This document shows, one piece after another, positions 32,919 to 33,299 of a stretch of DNA of 33,299 nt. The stretch lies in the IMG/VR virus record IMGVR_UViG_3300020129_000193, positions 1-33,299 of that record. The stretch is one strand, 5' to 3'. The notes under the pieces are model-generated. The model searched no databases. It was not told the origin of the DNA and worked only from the letters and a program-made list of their open reading frames with translations. A program made the position numbers and the translations under genes. Position 1 is the stretch's first letter; each line of letters opens with the position of its first letter. Source of the stretch: a virus (lineage: Duplodnaviria > Caudoviricetes).

Positions 32919-33080
32919 CTACGCCTCGGGCGGCGATGCGTCAAGGTCGCGGCGGACCAGGCGCGCGTTGTGTTTGGCGACGATATCCTCGAACTGGGTG
33001 CGGGAATAGGGAGCGTGGCCGCACGCTTCGAGGAACTGGTTGAAGGCGACGAACTCGACCTCGAACGTCTCAGCCGTCAC
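32919..33080 (-). CDS. 53-aa hypothetical protein (MTAETFEVEF...)
   Basis: GTG 33080 overlaps the end of the upstream zinc-ribbon gene. The longer track version overlaps that gene out of frame. Confidence 0.55.
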   Translation of the reverse strand: MTAETFEVEFVAFNQFLEACGHAPYSRTQFEDIVAKHNARLVRRDLDASPPEA

Positions 33081-33297
33081 GGGTCGGGGATAGCCGGGTG
33101 CCGGTGCGGAGCTGGTAGTAGTCGCGGTACGCGCTGAGCCGGGCCTTCTCGTCGTAGGAGAGCGTTCCTGCTGGCGTCGGAACCTCGCGGCGGCAGCCCG
33201 CGCAGCGGATGGTGTCGTCTCGCTCATCCCAGACCATCGTCCTTCTCACCCGGCAATGCGGGCACTTCCTGGTCCCGAGGAGATAGCCTTCCTGATA
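33070..33297 (-). CDS. Zinc-ribbon protein, 5'-truncated by the window (not in ORF track)
   Basis: Manual translation YQEGYLLGTRKCPHCRVRRTMVWDERDDTIRCAGCRREV.. contains two CxxC motifs. Confidence 0.7.
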   Translation of the reverse strand, partial: YQEGYLLGTRKCPHCRVRRTMVWDERDDTIRCAGCRREVPTPAGTLSYDEKARLSAYRDYYQLRTGTRLSPTRDG

Positions 33298-33299
33298 CA

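Larger units (their letters stand above)
1..33299. mobile_element. Segment of a tailed dsDNA phage/prophage genome (podovirus-like; no tape measure or tail tube genes seen)
   Basis: Contiguous TerL, portal, scaffold, N4-gp56-type capsid, tail, lysin and replication genes with tight overlaps. No host housekeeping genes, integrase or att site in the window. Confidence 0.96.

Noticed and set aside
32919-33227. Track ORF as the terminase small subunit
   Set aside because: No HTH or TerS features. Its 5' half is an out-of-frame overlap with the zinc-ribbon gene.
1-33299. Host taxon and temperate/lytic lifestyle
   Set aside because: No integrase, repressor, att site or host genes in the window. 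High GC and the lysis genes only suggest a monoderm host.

Overview
The whole window is part of the genome of a very GC-rich (roughly 70% by eye, not computed) tailed dsDNA phage or prophage with podovirus-like morphogenesis genes. The host is probably a monoderm bacterium. A rightward early/replication arm (1-4935) encodes a PriCT-2/DUF3987 primase-helicase, a Mom-like DNA-modification enzyme, a RusA-like resolvase and a ribbon-helix-helix regulator. It converges on a leftward late arm that runs TerL, portal, four to five ejection-type proteins (including an SLT+NlpC/P60 hydrolase and a 1564-aa protein with an ADP-ribosyltransferase domain), scaffold, N4-gp56-type major capsid, adaptor/nozzle, fibres, membrane proteins and a GH25 endolysin. 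The most notable observations are: (1) several accessory genes sit between duplicated gene ends, two of them differing only at synonymous sites, so deleting one unit rebuilds a clean ancestral gene junction; (2) a 131-nt tRNA-like RNA with a large insert in place of the anticodon arm lies inside the head operon; (3) there is a likely counter-defence set (Mom-like enzyme, virion ART domain, and a 55-aa Tad1/Acb2-like protein not called separately in the ORF track); (4) two sigma70-type promoters each overlap a long inverted repeat. All family assignments are motif recognition by eye; no searches were run.
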